NCBI GenBank assembly: GCA_963706325.1
Contig: CAVPLT010000001.1
Location: forward strand, 768,001 to 832,000
Reading direction: 5' to 3'
DNA: 64,000 nt
DNA from: an uncultured Nitrospiraceae bacterium
Lineage (GTDB): Bacteria > Nitrospirota > Nitrospiria > Nitrospirales > Nitrospiraceae
Positions 51,881 to 61,940 of the stretch are shown here, one piece after another. The position numbers and the translations under genes are program-made. Position 1 is the stretch's first letter, and every line of letters starts with the position of its first letter. A model generated the notes under the pieces. It saw nothing but the letters and a program-made list of their open reading frames with translations. It was not told where the DNA came from and made no database searches.

Positions 51881-53149
51881 TTATTTGAGCGCGGCGAACA
51901 TCTCCTTGACCATCGGGGTCTTGAGTTTCTTGAGCGCTTTGGCTTCGATCTGACGGATGCGTTCGCGTGTCACTGACAGATGTTGCCCCACTTGCTCGAG
52001 GGTGCGCGATTGATCCTCGCCGATACCGAACCGCAGGCGGATGACGATTTGTTCTCTGGGCGTCAAGGTGCCCAGAATCCGATCCATCTCGCGCGCGAGT
52101 TCCGTGCGGTTCACGAGCGCGTCCGGCGGCACCGCCTGATGATCAGGCAACAGTTCCCCGAGTTCCGTTCCCCCATCGCCCACGTGATGTTCCAGCGCTA
52201 CCGGTTCCTGAAAGGCCTGAATGGTTTCATGCAGGCGATCGGGACGCATGCGCATGCTGAAAGCCACCTCCTCTAACCTCGGCTGACGCCCCAGCTGCTG
52301 CACGAGGCGACGAGAGGTTCGAAGAATCCGGTTTGAGGCCTCCGTCTGGTGGACAGGAATCCGAATCGTACGCGACTGGTCGGCCAGCGATCGGGTGATT
52401 CCTTGCCGGATCCACCAAGTGGCGTAGGTGCTGAATTTAAAGCCCTTCCGGTGTTGATACCGTTCGGCCGCTTTCATCAATCCGATATTGCCCTCTTGCA
52501 CCAAGTCGAGCAACGTGAGCCCGCGTCCGGTGTAATGTTTGGCCACATTCACGACTAACCGGAGATTGCAGCGGACTAATTCATCCTTGGCGGCTTCCTG
52601 CGTGACGCGCGAGGCGCGTAATTGTGCCAAGCACGTGTCCAGCTCCTTCTGCGCCGCGGCTGCCTTTCCTTGGGCTGATGCATTCTGCCGCAGGTCTGCG
52701 AGCGCAGCCTCTGCCTGATTGAGAACCGTGGCGGAGAGCCCGCTCAGGCGACGCATCGTCTGCAGCGTCTGGATGCCTTCCGTGATGGCGGGAGTTCGTT
52801 TGAGGCGACCGGCGGCTTTGACCGCTTGCTGGAGCGTATGACGAATTTGCCGTGTGCCGAGATCGAGCTGCTTGGCTAAGGCAAGCTCTTCATTTCGTTC
52901 AAGCAAGGCGCGTTCGCCGAAGGAACGAAAGTATAACGATTCCAACAGAAATGGCGATGAAGCCGAACGCGGCACCTTTGTCGGCGCTTCCGGCTCCGTG
53001 TGAGCGTCAGCTTCCGCTTCCGGCTGGTCGTCGGGGTCCTGAGCAATGCTGTCCAATAAGCCGCTGGCTTCTGGGTCATCCGCATCTGGGTCAACCTGCG
53101 ACACCACCGTCGACCCTATATCGTCTTGAATCGCGAGTGCATGCTTCAT
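51881..53149 (-). CDS. Sigma-70 family factor (RpoD/RpoS-like, no clear region 1.1)
   Basis: [48 protein letters not shown]. Confidence 0.95.
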   Translation of the reverse strand: MKHALAIQDDIGSTVVSQVDPDADDPEASGLLDSIAQDPDDQPEAEADAHTEPEAPTKVPRSASSPFLLESLYFRSFGERALLERNEELALAKQLDLGTRQIRHTLQQAVKAAGRLKRTPAITEGIQTLQTMRRLSGLSATVLNQAEAALADLRQNASAQGKAAAAQKELDTCLAQLRASRVTQEAAKDELVRCNLRLVVNVAKHYTGRGLTLLDLVQEGNIGLMKAAERYQHRKGFKFSTYATWWIRQGITRSLADQSRTIRIPVHQTEASNRILRTSRRLVQQLGRQPRLEEVAFSMRMRPDRLHETIQAFQEPVALEHHVGDGGTELGELLPDHQAVPPDALVNRTELAREMDRILGTLTPREQIVIRLRFGIGEDQSRTLEQVGQHLSVTRERIRQIEAKALKKLKTPMVKEMFAALK

Positions 53150-53470
53150 TGTGACTACCCCTTTTCCCCATCCTGGAGAGGTTGGCTATATCAATGCTTG
53201 AAGAGGGTACCATCCGTCATTACGTTAGAGACTAGGATCTCCCAAAAGGATTCATTCCAGTGGCTCATTGTGCGTTTTCTCCCTTAGATCCTACGAGCCA
53301 CACTCAAACCTGGATTGCCTACCATAGAGATAGAGCCGCTCACCGAACTGTCAAGAGAGGCATGGCGCCTCGCGGCTGTGTACGTTCGAGCGGATGAAAG
53401 AAGACGAGAAGAAGGGTGCGTGGCTCATTCGGTTGAAAAACCCGTCGGCAGTCTCCTAGAATGCCGAACT

Positions 53471-54349
53471 ATGTCAGAACTGAAAAATAGCGAACGCGTT
53501 CATCTGGTAGACAAGAAAGGTCGGCACTATGCCTTGACCTTGAAAGCCGGGGACATCTATCACTTTAGCGGCGAGACTATTCCGCACGACGAACTCATCG
53601 GAATGCCGGATGGTTCCATCGTGACCCTGTCGAAGGGAAAGCGATTTCTCGCCTTGCGGCCGACCTTTGGGGAATATGTGCTCAAAATGCCCCGCGGGGC
53701 CCAGGTGTTGTACCCCAAAGACCTCTCATTGATTCCCATGTGGGCGGATGTGTACCCGGGCGCCCGAGTGTTCGAGGCCGGTACAGGGTCCGGAGCGCTC
53801 ACGATGGCATTATTGCGGGCCGTGGGACCCACAGGCCTGGTCGTGACCTATGAAGCCCGCGATGATTTCGCCCATACGGCGCTCACCAATATCGAACGGT
53901 ACATGGGGCCGGTGTCCACGCTCATGCCCTGTCGAAAGAATGCCTATGAGGGGATCGACGTACTCGAAGACGGTCGTTTGTTCGATCGCCTTGTGCTGGA
54001 CCTGCCGGAACCATGGCAAGTCGTGCCCCACGCGGCGAAGGTGTTGCGTTCCGGCGGCATTTATCTCAGCTTCGTCCCGACCGTGCCCCAGGTCATGCAA
54101 ACTGTCGATGCGCTCGAACGCACCGCGGTATTCGGCATGGTCGAGACGTTCGAAACGCTGTTGAGAACCTGGTCGATTCAAGGGCGCAGTGTCCGCCCGG
54201 ACCACCGCATGGTGGCGCATTCGGGGTTTTTAACCGTGGCGAGAAAAGTCGAAGCCGGGTGGTGGTCGCAGGCGGCAAAGACAACGGTGGCAGACGCGGT
54301 CGCTGAAGACACTCAGGAAGAAAGCGAAGGGGAGGCGTCGCGAGTATGA
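53471..54349 (+). CDS. trmI: tRNA (adenine-N1)-methyltransferase
   Basis: MPRGAQVLYPKD, EAGTGSGALT, LDLPEPW, RP.HRMVAHSGFL. Confidence 0.92.
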   Translation: MSELKNSERVHLVDKKGRHYALTLKAGDIYHFSGETIPHDELIGMPDGSIVTLSKGKRFLALRPTFGEYVLKMPRGAQVLYPKDLSLIPMWADVYPGARVFEAGTGSGALTMALLRAVGPTGLVVTYEARDDFAHTALTNIERYMGPVSTLMPCRKNAYEGIDVLEDGRLFDRLVLDLPEPWQVVPHAAKVLRSGGIYLSFVPTVPQVMQTVDALERTAVFGMVETFETLLRTWSIQGRSVRPDHRMVAHSGFLTVARKVEAGWWSQAAKTTVADAVAEDTQEESEGEASRV

Positions 54350-55107
54350 ATCGGTTACAGGGAAAGGTGGCCATCATCACCGGCGGCAATGCGGGAATCG
54401 GAGAAGCCATCGCGAAATTGTTCGCGGATGAAGGCGCGTCCGTCGTCGTGACCGGCCGTCGCAAAGAAGAACTCGACCGTGTCGTGAAGGGCATCGGGGT
54501 GAATGGCGGACGGGCGCTGGCCGTCGCCGGGTCTGTCACTGATGAAGCGCATGTGCAGGATGTGGTCACGCAGACGATCCGTACCTTCGGCAAGCTCCAT
54601 ATTCTGGTGAATAATGCCGGGATCGGCGATTTCGGCAAGCGCTTGCATGAAACGGACGATGCGACCTGGCTGAAGATGTTGGACATCAATCTTACCGGAG
54701 TCTTCCGCATCACCCGCGCCGCGGTGCCGGAACTCATCAAAAGCGGCGGTGGGGCGATCATCAATATTTCCACGGTGGCCAGTCTGGTCGGCATTCGCGG
54801 CCTCCCGAGTTACGCCGCCTCGAAAGGCGGGGTAGATGCGCTGACCAGGGCCATGGCCGTCGATTACGCGCAGGACAATATCCGGTGCAACGTGGTCAAT
54901 CCTGGATTGATCGATACCCCCATGGCGGCGCCCTTGATGGCTAATCCTGCCAACCTCGAGCCGATTCTCGCGCAGTACGCCATTCATCGGCCAGGCAAGC
55001 CGGAAGAGGTCGCCAAGATGGTGCTGTATCTGGCCTCCGACGATGCGATATGGGTGACCGGCGGAACCTTCCCTATCGACGGCGGCATGACCATCAGCAA
55101 GGGGTAA
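54346..55107 (+). CDS. Short-chain dehydrogenase/reductase
   Basis: TGGNAGIG, NNAG, YAASK, PG.IDTPM. Confidence 0.95.
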   Translation: MNRLQGKVAIITGGNAGIGEAIAKLFADEGASVVVTGRRKEELDRVVKGIGVNGGRALAVAGSVTDEAHVQDVVTQTIRTFGKLHILVNNAGIGDFGKRLHETDDATWLKMLDINLTGVFRITRAAVPELIKSGGGAIINISTVASLVGIRGLPSYAASKGGVDALTRAMAVDYAQDNIRCNVVNPGLIDTPMAAPLMANPANLEPILAQYAIHRPGKPEEVAKMVLYLASDDAIWVTGGTFPIDGGMTISKG

Positions 55108-55196
55108 GCAAGGAGGCGACCGCCCTGTCGCGGCCTGGGGCGACGACCGCTGGGAGTCTGCTGCGACGCCGAGTTGCCGGAAGCGAGGAGGTGATC

Positions 55197-55526
55197 ATGA
55201 GCGCTATGCAACGTGTGAGCGCGGTGGTTATGCCGGCCATCTTCTTGGCCGCGCTCCTGTCCGGGGTACTGGGGACAGGTGTGGCGCAAGCGGAAGGCGG
55301 GACAGAGTTCGTGGGAACGGTCTTGTCGGTGGACACGTCATCCGGAAAGTTCGCCGTCAAGAAAGACGGCGGGGGAAGCCGGTTCACCTTCGTCGCCAAT
55401 GAGAAGACCCATTTCGACGGCGGGGCGAACGCAGTGAAGGATTTGAAGAAAGACGATCACGTGACGGTACTGTATCAGGTGCAAGGATCTCAGTACGTGG
55501 CACTCAAGGTGTTGCTCTCGAAGTAG
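55197..55526 (+). CDS. Secreted OB-fold-like hypothetical protein
   Basis: GGAGG RBS, signal peptide, G.V.SVD...F....T......LKK.D.V.V.Y. Confidence 0.75.
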   Translation: MSAMQRVSAVVMPAIFLAALLSGVLGTGVAQAEGGTEFVGTVLSVDTSSGKFAVKKDGGGSRFTFVANEKTHFDGGANAVKDLKKDDHVTVLYQVQGSQYVALKVLLSK

Positions 55527-55539
55527 GAAGTATTTGCGT

Positions 55540-56397
55540 ATGGACATCTCAGCTCAGACTCAATGGTGCGGCATCATCGGGAATCCTGTCGAACATTCGC
55601 TGTCGCCCGCGATTCACAATGCAGCCTTTCAGAAGATGGGGTTGGATCTGGTGTACTTGGCGTTTCGCGTGGAAAACCTGGCTGACGCGCTGAATGGCGT
55701 GCGGGCATTGGGCCATGCGCGAGGGTTGAGCGTCACGATCCCGCATAAGGTGGCGGCGATTCCGTTTCTAGACGAAGTAGAACCCACCGCTAAACACATC
55801 GGCGCCATCAACACCGTCGTGGTTGAGGACGGAAAATTGAAGGGGTACAACACGGACGCCTCCGGCGCGTTGCGCGCATTAAAAGAAGGCGGGGCCTTGC
55901 TTGACGGTCACCGGGTGCTGATATTGGGTTCGGGCGGAGCCGCCCGGGCGATTGCCTTCGCGCTGGCGACGGGAGCCGGGATCGCCGGCCTGACAATTTT
56001 GGGGATCGAAGAGGTGGAACGGCAGAAGCTCGTGAAGGACCTTCGAGCAAAGACCGGAATTCCCATCGAAGATGGCCCGCTGACATTGGACACGCTGCGG
56101 AACTGGGTCCCGCACGTGCGCACCTTGATCCACTGTACACCGGTCGGTATGCACCCTCGCGTGGACGAATCCTGTGTGCCGGCAAATCTGTTCAGGCCGG
56201 AACTCACGGTCATGGACATTGTCTATAATCCCCGGGAAACCAAATTGCTGCAGGAAGCGCAGGCGGCGGGTTGTCGGACCATTTCGGGGTTGGAGATGTT
56301 TCTCAACCAAGCCGTGCTGCAATTTGAACTCTGGACCAATCAGCCGGCTCCAGCCGACGTGATGCGGCAGGTGCTGGAGTCTCGCTTTGGAGCCTGA
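55540..56397 (+). CDS. aroE: Shikimate dehydrogenase
   Basis: HSLSP.IHN, VTIPHK, GAINT, NTD, GSGGAAR, DIVYNP. Confidence 0.96.
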   Translation: MDISAQTQWCGIIGNPVEHSLSPAIHNAAFQKMGLDLVYLAFRVENLADALNGVRALGHARGLSVTIPHKVAAIPFLDEVEPTAKHIGAINTVVVEDGKLKGYNTDASGALRALKEGGALLDGHRVLILGSGGAARAIAFALATGAGIAGLTILGIEEVERQKLVKDLRAKTGIPIEDGPLTLDTLRNWVPHVRTLIHCTPVGMHPRVDESCVPANLFRPELTVMDIVYNPRETKLLQEAQAAGCRTISGLEMFLNQAVLQFELWTNQPAPADVMRQVLESRFGA

Positions 56398-56980
56398 AAC
56401 ACCCGCCCGCGCGGATCAACGATCAGGACTAGCTGCACCATTCGCAAGCAAGGACTCCCTCCGGAATCTCGTCTTGATTGGTTATCGGGGAACCGGCAAG
56501 AGCACGGTCGGGAAGGTCCTGGCCAGGAGGCTGCATCGTACATTGGTGTCGACTGATGCGGAGATTATAAAGCGGGCCAAGTTGTCCGTCCCTGAGATCG
56601 TGAAGCAGTTCGGGTGGGATCATTTTCGTGATTTAGAATCAGCGGTCTGCCGTGATTTTGCGGCGCAGGAGCGGCTGATCATCGATACCGGTGGCGGCGC
56701 CATCTTGCGAAGCGAGAATGTAGAGGCGTTGCGACGAAGCGGAACAGTGGTGTGGCTCACGGCGACAGTGGCGACAATCACTCGCCGCATTGGGGGTGAT
56801 ACGCAACGGCCTTCGTTGACCGGGACAAAATCCTTCACCGAGGAAATTCGCGACGTGCTGACGGAACGCATGCCGAAGTATCAGGCAGCGGCCCACCACG
56901 TCGTATCGACTGATGGCGCCTCCACGGTCCAAGTGGCCGAGCGGATCTTGCAACAAGTATGTCGTGGGTCAGCTGAGTGA
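56387..56980 (+). CDS. aroK: Shikimate kinase
   Basis: GYRGTGKSTVG, FRDLE, TGGG, RP. Confidence 0.93.
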   Translation: MEPETPARADQRSGLAAPFASKDSLRNLVLIGYRGTGKSTVGKVLARRLHRTLVSTDAEIIKRAKLSVPEIVKQFGWDHFRDLESAVCRDFAAQERLIIDTGGGAILRSENVEALRRSGTVVWLTATVATITRRIGGDTQRPSLTGTKSFTEEIRDVLTERMPKYQAAAHHVVSTDGASTVQVAERILQQVCRGSAE

Positions 56981-57057
56981 TTTGCGGTCGCCTTCCAGAA
57001 GGCGGTGCGCTCGACAACCTTGACAACACCTGATCAACGTGGTTCTTATACCGGCGC

Positions 57058-57134
57058 GCGCCCGTAGCTCAATTGGATAGAGCATCGGACTTCGGATCCG
57101 AGGGTTGGGGGTTCAAGTCCCTCCGGGCGCACCA
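57058..57134 (+). tRNA. tRNA-Arg (TCG)
   Basis: GCGCCCGTAGCTCAATTGGATAGAGCA-TCGGA-CT-TCG-GA-TCCGA...GGTTCAAGTCC...CGGGCGCACCA. Confidence 0.96.
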
Positions 57135-57357
57135 AGTTCAAGCATTTATATGGTCGCTCTAAGAGGATCGACAAACTCATTTTTCCTCTTATGTTCGGCG
57201 GCTTCCTTTTTGGCTTGAACTGCTGCCTGCTCTTTTATCTCTACTTCCTCCGCAAAGCTGACCCCAACGTCTTCAGGGCTGGCACAAAAGTGCCTGGTTA
57301 TACTCAGATATGCCCTAGGCAAGATCCTGGCTGGTATTTCGTGCATGGCTGAGTTAC

Positions 57358-57708
57358 ATGAAGCCCTCAAGATCAACGGTTTCCGAGTCTGAGGGAGCGC
57401 CCGTGAGCCACCAAGAGAAGCTCACTCAATGTCATCTCCTTGAATGCTACCTCTTCCTACGTGACTTCTGGATTGAGTCTTCATCCAACGCTGAACATCT
57501 GCAGCTCAGAAGGAAGGCTGATCGCCGTACGTTTCACCTGAAGGTCAATGCTGAGTGGCTGCAGATGAAGAGTCATGCCACCATTGAGCATCGACTCGAT
57601 GGGCTGGGGCTCATTCCCTTCCTCGAAAAGAATGGGTCAGCCTGGATCAGGGTCACGTCCACTGGCCAAGAAGTGATCACGCATCTTGAGCGAGACGCGG
57701 AACGGTAA
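57358..57708 (+). CDS. Hypothetical protein
   Basis: ORF with LDGLGLIPFLE; the start may be a later GTG after GAGGGAG. Confidence 0.55.
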   Translation: MKPSRSTVSESEGAPVSHQEKLTQCHLLECYLFLRDFWIESSSNAEHLQLRRKADRRTFHLKVNAEWLQMKSHATIEHRLDGLGLIPFLEKNGSAWIRVTSTGQEVITHLERDAER

Positions 57709-57726
57709 CGGTCTTCACACCTTCAG

Positions 57727-57788
57727 CATTCTCATGCAGCCCCAGCGCTGATACTTCCAGACCACTTTCCCGAGCATGCGTTTTTCAT
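57727..57788 (-). pseudogene. N-terminal remnant of an aldo/keto reductase
   Basis: GAGG RBS then M-K-x-R-M-L-G-K-x-G-L-E-V-S-A-L-G-x-C-M-R-M with small indels. Confidence 0.6.
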
Positions 57789-57871
57789 TGTCTGCCTCGT
57801 TGAACTGCAAGCGGTCCGTTTCTCATCTCGCGTCGCGAACGCGGCTGTTGTGTGTACCGCGGCGGAGGCAG

Positions 57872-58078
57872 TTATTCGGACTTAAGTGAGGCCATGTCGA
57901 TTGAGAAGCGGTACTTCACATCAGATTCGAGCAGTCTGTCGTAGGCTGCGTTGACCCTGTGGATGGGGATGACTTCGACGTCGGCGGTGATGTTGTGTGC
58001 CCCGCAAAAGTCGAGCATTTCTTGAGTCTCAGGTATGCCGCCGATGTTCGAGCCGGACAGGCTGCGGCGGCCGAAGAC
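57872..58078 (-). pseudogene. C-terminal remnant of a Zn-dependent alcohol dehydrogenase, paralog of 60879..61940
   Basis: About 207 nt, roughly 89% identical by eye to 60879..61085; [23 protein letters not shown]...[16 protein letters not shown]. Confidence 0.88.
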
Positions 58079-58302
58079 CTTCGCGACAGGAGGTTACATT
58101 TTGTGCACCCTCGCCAGGGCACGATGGGATTCGAACCTCCTGCCATGCCGATTGATCGACCGCTAAAGAATATAGAAAGTTCTTAGTTGACCGCTCACCG
58201 ATGCATTCCGTGACAAACTGGATAGTAGAACATCATTCAGTTACTACGGCGGCAGGTAATACTGGCAATAAATAAAATTTTGTTGTGGGGGCACAGGGAT
58301 AT

Positions 58303-58331
58303 TGACAGCCTAAGCCGTTTCACTTAGTGTA
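58303..58331 (+). promoter_or_regulatory. Putative sigma-70 promoter in an AT-rich tract
   Basis: TTGACA-17-TAGTGT. Confidence 0.4.
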
Positions 58332-58516
58332 GGTGAAACCATACATACCGTATAAAGACATGAAGTGGTTAAAGAATAAAAGTGCACCCACTCGCGAGTA
58401 CAACGCCTAGTTCCTATCGGGACGACGACCGTAGGTGACGGAACGAGAAAGTTTACACGACGGAATTTGACAATGTGCCTCAAATTTCGCCTGAGGATGC
58501 CCAGGGTCCATAACCT

Positions 58517-59071
58517 GTGAATACCCTTCGACGGGCTACCCCCACTGGAACCTTGGGCGTCTTCTTATACGGACCAACATGTTCCACGCTCCCACTTCTG
58601 GCAGCCTTGTTATCAATTGCAGCCGTTGCTCTTGCGCAGAATACACTCGATGATTCCGTCGCGCTTTCTCTGAGCTCTGCGAGGGTGTCTGGCCATGATG
58701 GGAACGTTACGCTCACCATTACTTTTGAGAATCGCTCCACTCACGACATCACGCTGAACAAGAGGATGGCCAATCCAGGCCCCGATCTCATGATCGACAT
58801 TGAGGATCTGATGGGGAATCGTCTTCGATGGCTTCCCTCCGCTCCGCCTCCCACGATCACCAGGGAGGATTTTACGGTGCTGAGGGCGGGACAGAAACTT
58901 AAAGTGCCGATCTCTGTCTTGCAAATTGGCCTTTTTGACAAACTGAAACGGAAGCAGAAGTACCGGATGACAGCGCGATACCAGAATTCTGAAACGGGAA
59001 GCAAGTTTAACTATGCGGCGTGGACAGGATTGATCACCTCGAACACGATCTTGTTTGAAGGGGAAGGATAA
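58517..59071 (+). CDS. Secreted beta-rich protein, putative protease inhibitor/propeptide-like
   Basis: Signal peptide (..AAVALA); LTITFEN.S, DFTVLRAGQ, Y...A.Y, WTG.ITSN; start uncertain. Confidence 0.7.
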   Translation: MNTLRRATPTGTLGVFLYGPTCSTLPLLAALLSIAAVALAQNTLDDSVALSLSSARVSGHDGNVTLTITFENRSTHDITLNKRMANPGPDLMIDIEDLMGNRLRWLPSAPPPTITREDFTVLRAGQKLKVPISVLQIGLFDKLKRKQKYRMTARYQNSETGSKFNYAAWTGLITSNTILFEGEG

Positions 59072-59076
59072 ATGCG

Positions 59077-59841
59077 ATGGGCAGCAAACTGCGGTTAACT
59101 TGTCTCTGTGCCCTGAATGCCGTCCTGCTCATCTCAACGTATTCTTATGCAGTTGTAATACTACCCGAATTCTCCTTCGATATTCCTACACAAACGATCA
59201 GCACCACTGCCCTCGCCGGACTTCACAATGAATTCCTAATGACTGTCGGATATGACATCGGTTTCACCCAAAAGGATGGGTATAACGTCACGGAGAAGAT
59301 ACAGTTAACAGGTGTCGATCCTGGCCCGGCCGTTAAGGACTTATGGAAGTCGAGTACCGAAACCATTTGGACCACACGCGACAGATTTAACGAACCGATA
59401 AATGTAAATGTGCAGTTTGTCGGGCAGGGGGGAAACATTACCGTTGCAGTGTTGCCGGACTTGCCACCCTCGATATCGAAACCTGACGCCTTTCGAGGCA
59501 ATGAACTCGCTTGGTTTGCAGGATGGTCTGCAGTAGGGACCCCTAATGGAACCGGTAGTCCTGCACCGTGGGTGCATGAGGTAGGGCACATGTTCGGTAA
59601 TTACGATGAGTATCCAGGTGGAGGCGTCAACCCGAACAACTCACATGGCAATGAGCCTGGCTTAATGGGGGTGAGCTTAGGTGGGCCTACAGGGACCGCT
59701 CTCTCTCTGTTTGATCGACAATACCAATTTGTCGCAGATTGGGCCATGGGTCAAACGGTAGCGACGGCACCGGAGCCTGCGACATTTCTGCTTCTTGCTT
59801 CGGGGCTAGGCGGCCTTCTCCTCTTAAGAAGGCAAACTTAA
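59077..59841 (+). CDS. PEP-CTERM-anchored zinc metalloprotease-like protein
   Basis: Signal peptide; HEVGHMFGNYDEY and GLMG; C-terminal APEPATFLLLASGLGGLLLLRR. Confidence 0.85.
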   Translation: MGSKLRLTCLCALNAVLLISTYSYAVVILPEFSFDIPTQTISTTALAGLHNEFLMTVGYDIGFTQKDGYNVTEKIQLTGVDPGPAVKDLWKSSTETIWTTRDRFNEPINVNVQFVGQGGNITVAVLPDLPPSISKPDAFRGNELAWFAGWSAVGTPNGTGSPAPWVHEVGHMFGNYDEYPGGGVNPNNSHGNEPGLMGVSLGGPTGTALSLFDRQYQFVADWAMGQTVATAPEPATFLLLASGLGGLLLLRRQT

Positions 59842-60386
59842 GCGAACTTCTGACCTCCCGCTAAACCCGTAAGCTTTCGTATGCCAACACTTTTCATGAG
59901 CCGGAACCACCATCCATTGTCATAGGGGAAAACGCCTGTATCTGACACTTGGCCATAGGTCCCCCAGGTCGCTCATACCGTGACCCATGACCTGGAGGAT
60001 AACCCCTTCCGTAATCCGCACCCCTGTCACGGGCATTGCCGCATGCACGAGTAATGCAGCGACGGATAGCATCCACTGGCTCCCTTTGTTTTAAGCGCGT
60101 ATTGGCCATAGGAGTTTGACACCTAAAGGGGATGGCAGGGTATGACCACGAGTGGGGGAGGTGTCAGCTTAGTGTTAGAAATAGAGACAAAACGAATGGA
60201 ATTGGTACGAAGTGCTGTTACTGGAAGTGAAAGGCTGACCTCGTGCCAGCCGCTGTAGTGGCGGGGATTACCCAAGTCATCAAAGGCTTGAGCACCCCCT
60301 TCCCCGATTTGTAAACCGCAGGTCATCCCAGCGGTTGAGGCTATGCTTTGCGCAGGCCGGAAGGTCTATTTAAAATCTAATGCGCG

Positions 60387-60791
60387 TTACGGCTGAGGAT
60401 GTTGCCAGCTTTTGTAGACCGTCTCGAGACTGTATCCATCAGGACCAAAGACGTTTGCTGCGTAGTACCGGGGGTCAGAGTACAGGCGCGCGCCGGGTTT
60501 GCCGTTGTCAATTGCTTCGGCCGCCATCGCAGCCTCCTAGAATGCGTTCACCTCAGACTCACTTTTGGCAACGAAGCCGACATGCGCGGCCCTGGCGTCT
60601 GCAGTCCCTTGTCTTAGCCAGAAAAATACACGGCCGTCCCGCCCGAAACCCTTGAGGTCAGGGTGCCCTACGGGGCCATCCCTGCCGTCGTAGTCGACAC
60701 TATGCACAATTCCGAGCGGCTTGAGAGCCTTCTCGTAGAAGGCAATAGAGCGGTCGAGATCCGTGACGGTTATGAAGATGTGGTCTAGCAA
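60387..60791 (-). pseudogene. VOC/glyoxalase family gene with an internal amber stop
   Basis: LDHIFITVTDLDRSIAFY...HVGF...VNAF*EAAMAA..DNG.PG.R..YYAA.V..PDG..LE; TAG at 60537-60539. Confidence 0.85.
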
Positions 60792-60878
60792 AAAAATGCA
60801 CCTCATTCGTTCGCTCTGGTTGCCTCGAAATCACCAAATGACGATTCGTTGCTCTTTCATAAGCACCTGCTCGGCCGG

Positions 60879-61940
60879 TTACTCCGATTTGAGCGAGGCC
60901 ATGTCGATCGAGAAGCGGTATTTCACATCGGATTTGAGCAGTCTGTCGTAGGCTGCGTTGGCTTTCTGGATGGGGATAACTTCGACGTCGGCGGTGATGT
61001 GGTGTGCCCCGCAAAAGTCGAGCATTTCCTGGGTCTCGGGAATGCCGCCGATGTTCGAGCCGGCGACGCTGCGGCGGCCGAAGATCAGGGCGAAAGAAGA
61101 GAGCGCCAGGGGCTTCGCAGGCGCGCCGACGAGCGTCAGGTTCCCGTCGCGGCGGAGCAGGTTGATGTATGCGTTGATGTCGTGCTCGGCCGAAACGGTG
61201 TCAAGGATGAAGTCGAAGCTGCCGGCGTACTTCTTCATCTCGTCGGCGTGGCGCGATACGACGACCTCGTGAGCGCCCAGACGCATCGCGTCTTCCGTTT
61301 TGCCGGGCGACGTGGTGAAGACGACGACATGCGCGCCGAACGCGCGGGCGAACTTGACGCCCATGTGACCGAGCCCGCCGAGACCGATCACGCCAACCTT
61401 CTTCCCCTCGGTGATGCCCCAGTGACGCAACGGAGAGAACGTCGTAATCCCCGCGCATAGGAGCGGTGCGACTCCGGCAAGGTTGAGATTGGTGGGGACC
61501 TGGAGGACGAAGTGCTCGTCGACGACGATGCTGTCGGAGTAGCCGCCATACGTGACTGGCGCGATCTTGTGCTTGTCCGGGGAGTTGAACGTGAGGGTCA
61601 GGTTCGGGCAGAAGTTCTCAAGCCCGGCGGTGCAGTTCGGACAGGTCCCGTCGGAGTCGACAAGGCAACCCACCGCGGCGAGATCGCCGGGCTTGAACCT
61701 GTTCACCGCCGGACCGATCTGAGTCACTCGCCCGACGATTTCGTGGCCGGGGACGATGGGGTAGACAGTGGGCATGACACTGCTCCATTCGTCGCGGACC
61801 GAGTGGAGGTCGGAGTGGCAAACGCCGCAGAAGAGGATCTCGATTTGCACGTCGCGCTCCGTCAGATCGCGCCGCACGATTGTGGTAGGCCGTAGCGGCA
61901 ATTTCGCACTTGCTGCGGAGTAAGCTTTCGCCTGGTACAT
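60879..61940 (-). CDS. NAD(P)-dependent Zn alcohol dehydrogenase (CAD/YahK-like)
   Basis: CGVCHSD, PGHEIVG, APLLCAGITT, GLGGLGH, DVKYRF. Confidence 0.96.
   Translation of the reverse strand: MYQAKAYSAASAKLPLRPTTIVRRDLTERDVQIEILFCGVCHSDLHSVRDEWSSVMPTVYPIVPGHEIVGRVTQIGPAVNRFKPGDLAAVGCLVDSDGTCPNCTAGLENFCPNLTLTFNSPDKHKIAPVTYGGYSDSIVVDEHFVLQVPTNLNLAGVAPLLCAGITTFSPLRHWGITEGKKVGVIGLGGLGHMGVKFARAFGAHVVVFTTSPGKTEDAMRLGAHEVVVSRHADEMKKYAGSFDFILDTVSAEHDINAYINLLRRDGNLTLVGAPAKPLALSSFALIFGRRSVAGSNIGGIPETQEMLDFCGAHHITADVEVIPIQKANAAYDRLLKSDVKYRFSIDMASLKSE

Noticed and set aside
58115..58142. tRNA T-arm-like GGTTCGAATCCC on the minus strand near the ADH remnant breakpoint, as a possible att site
   Set aside because: The T-stem pairs poorly and the sequence does not match the adjacent tRNA-Arg 3' end
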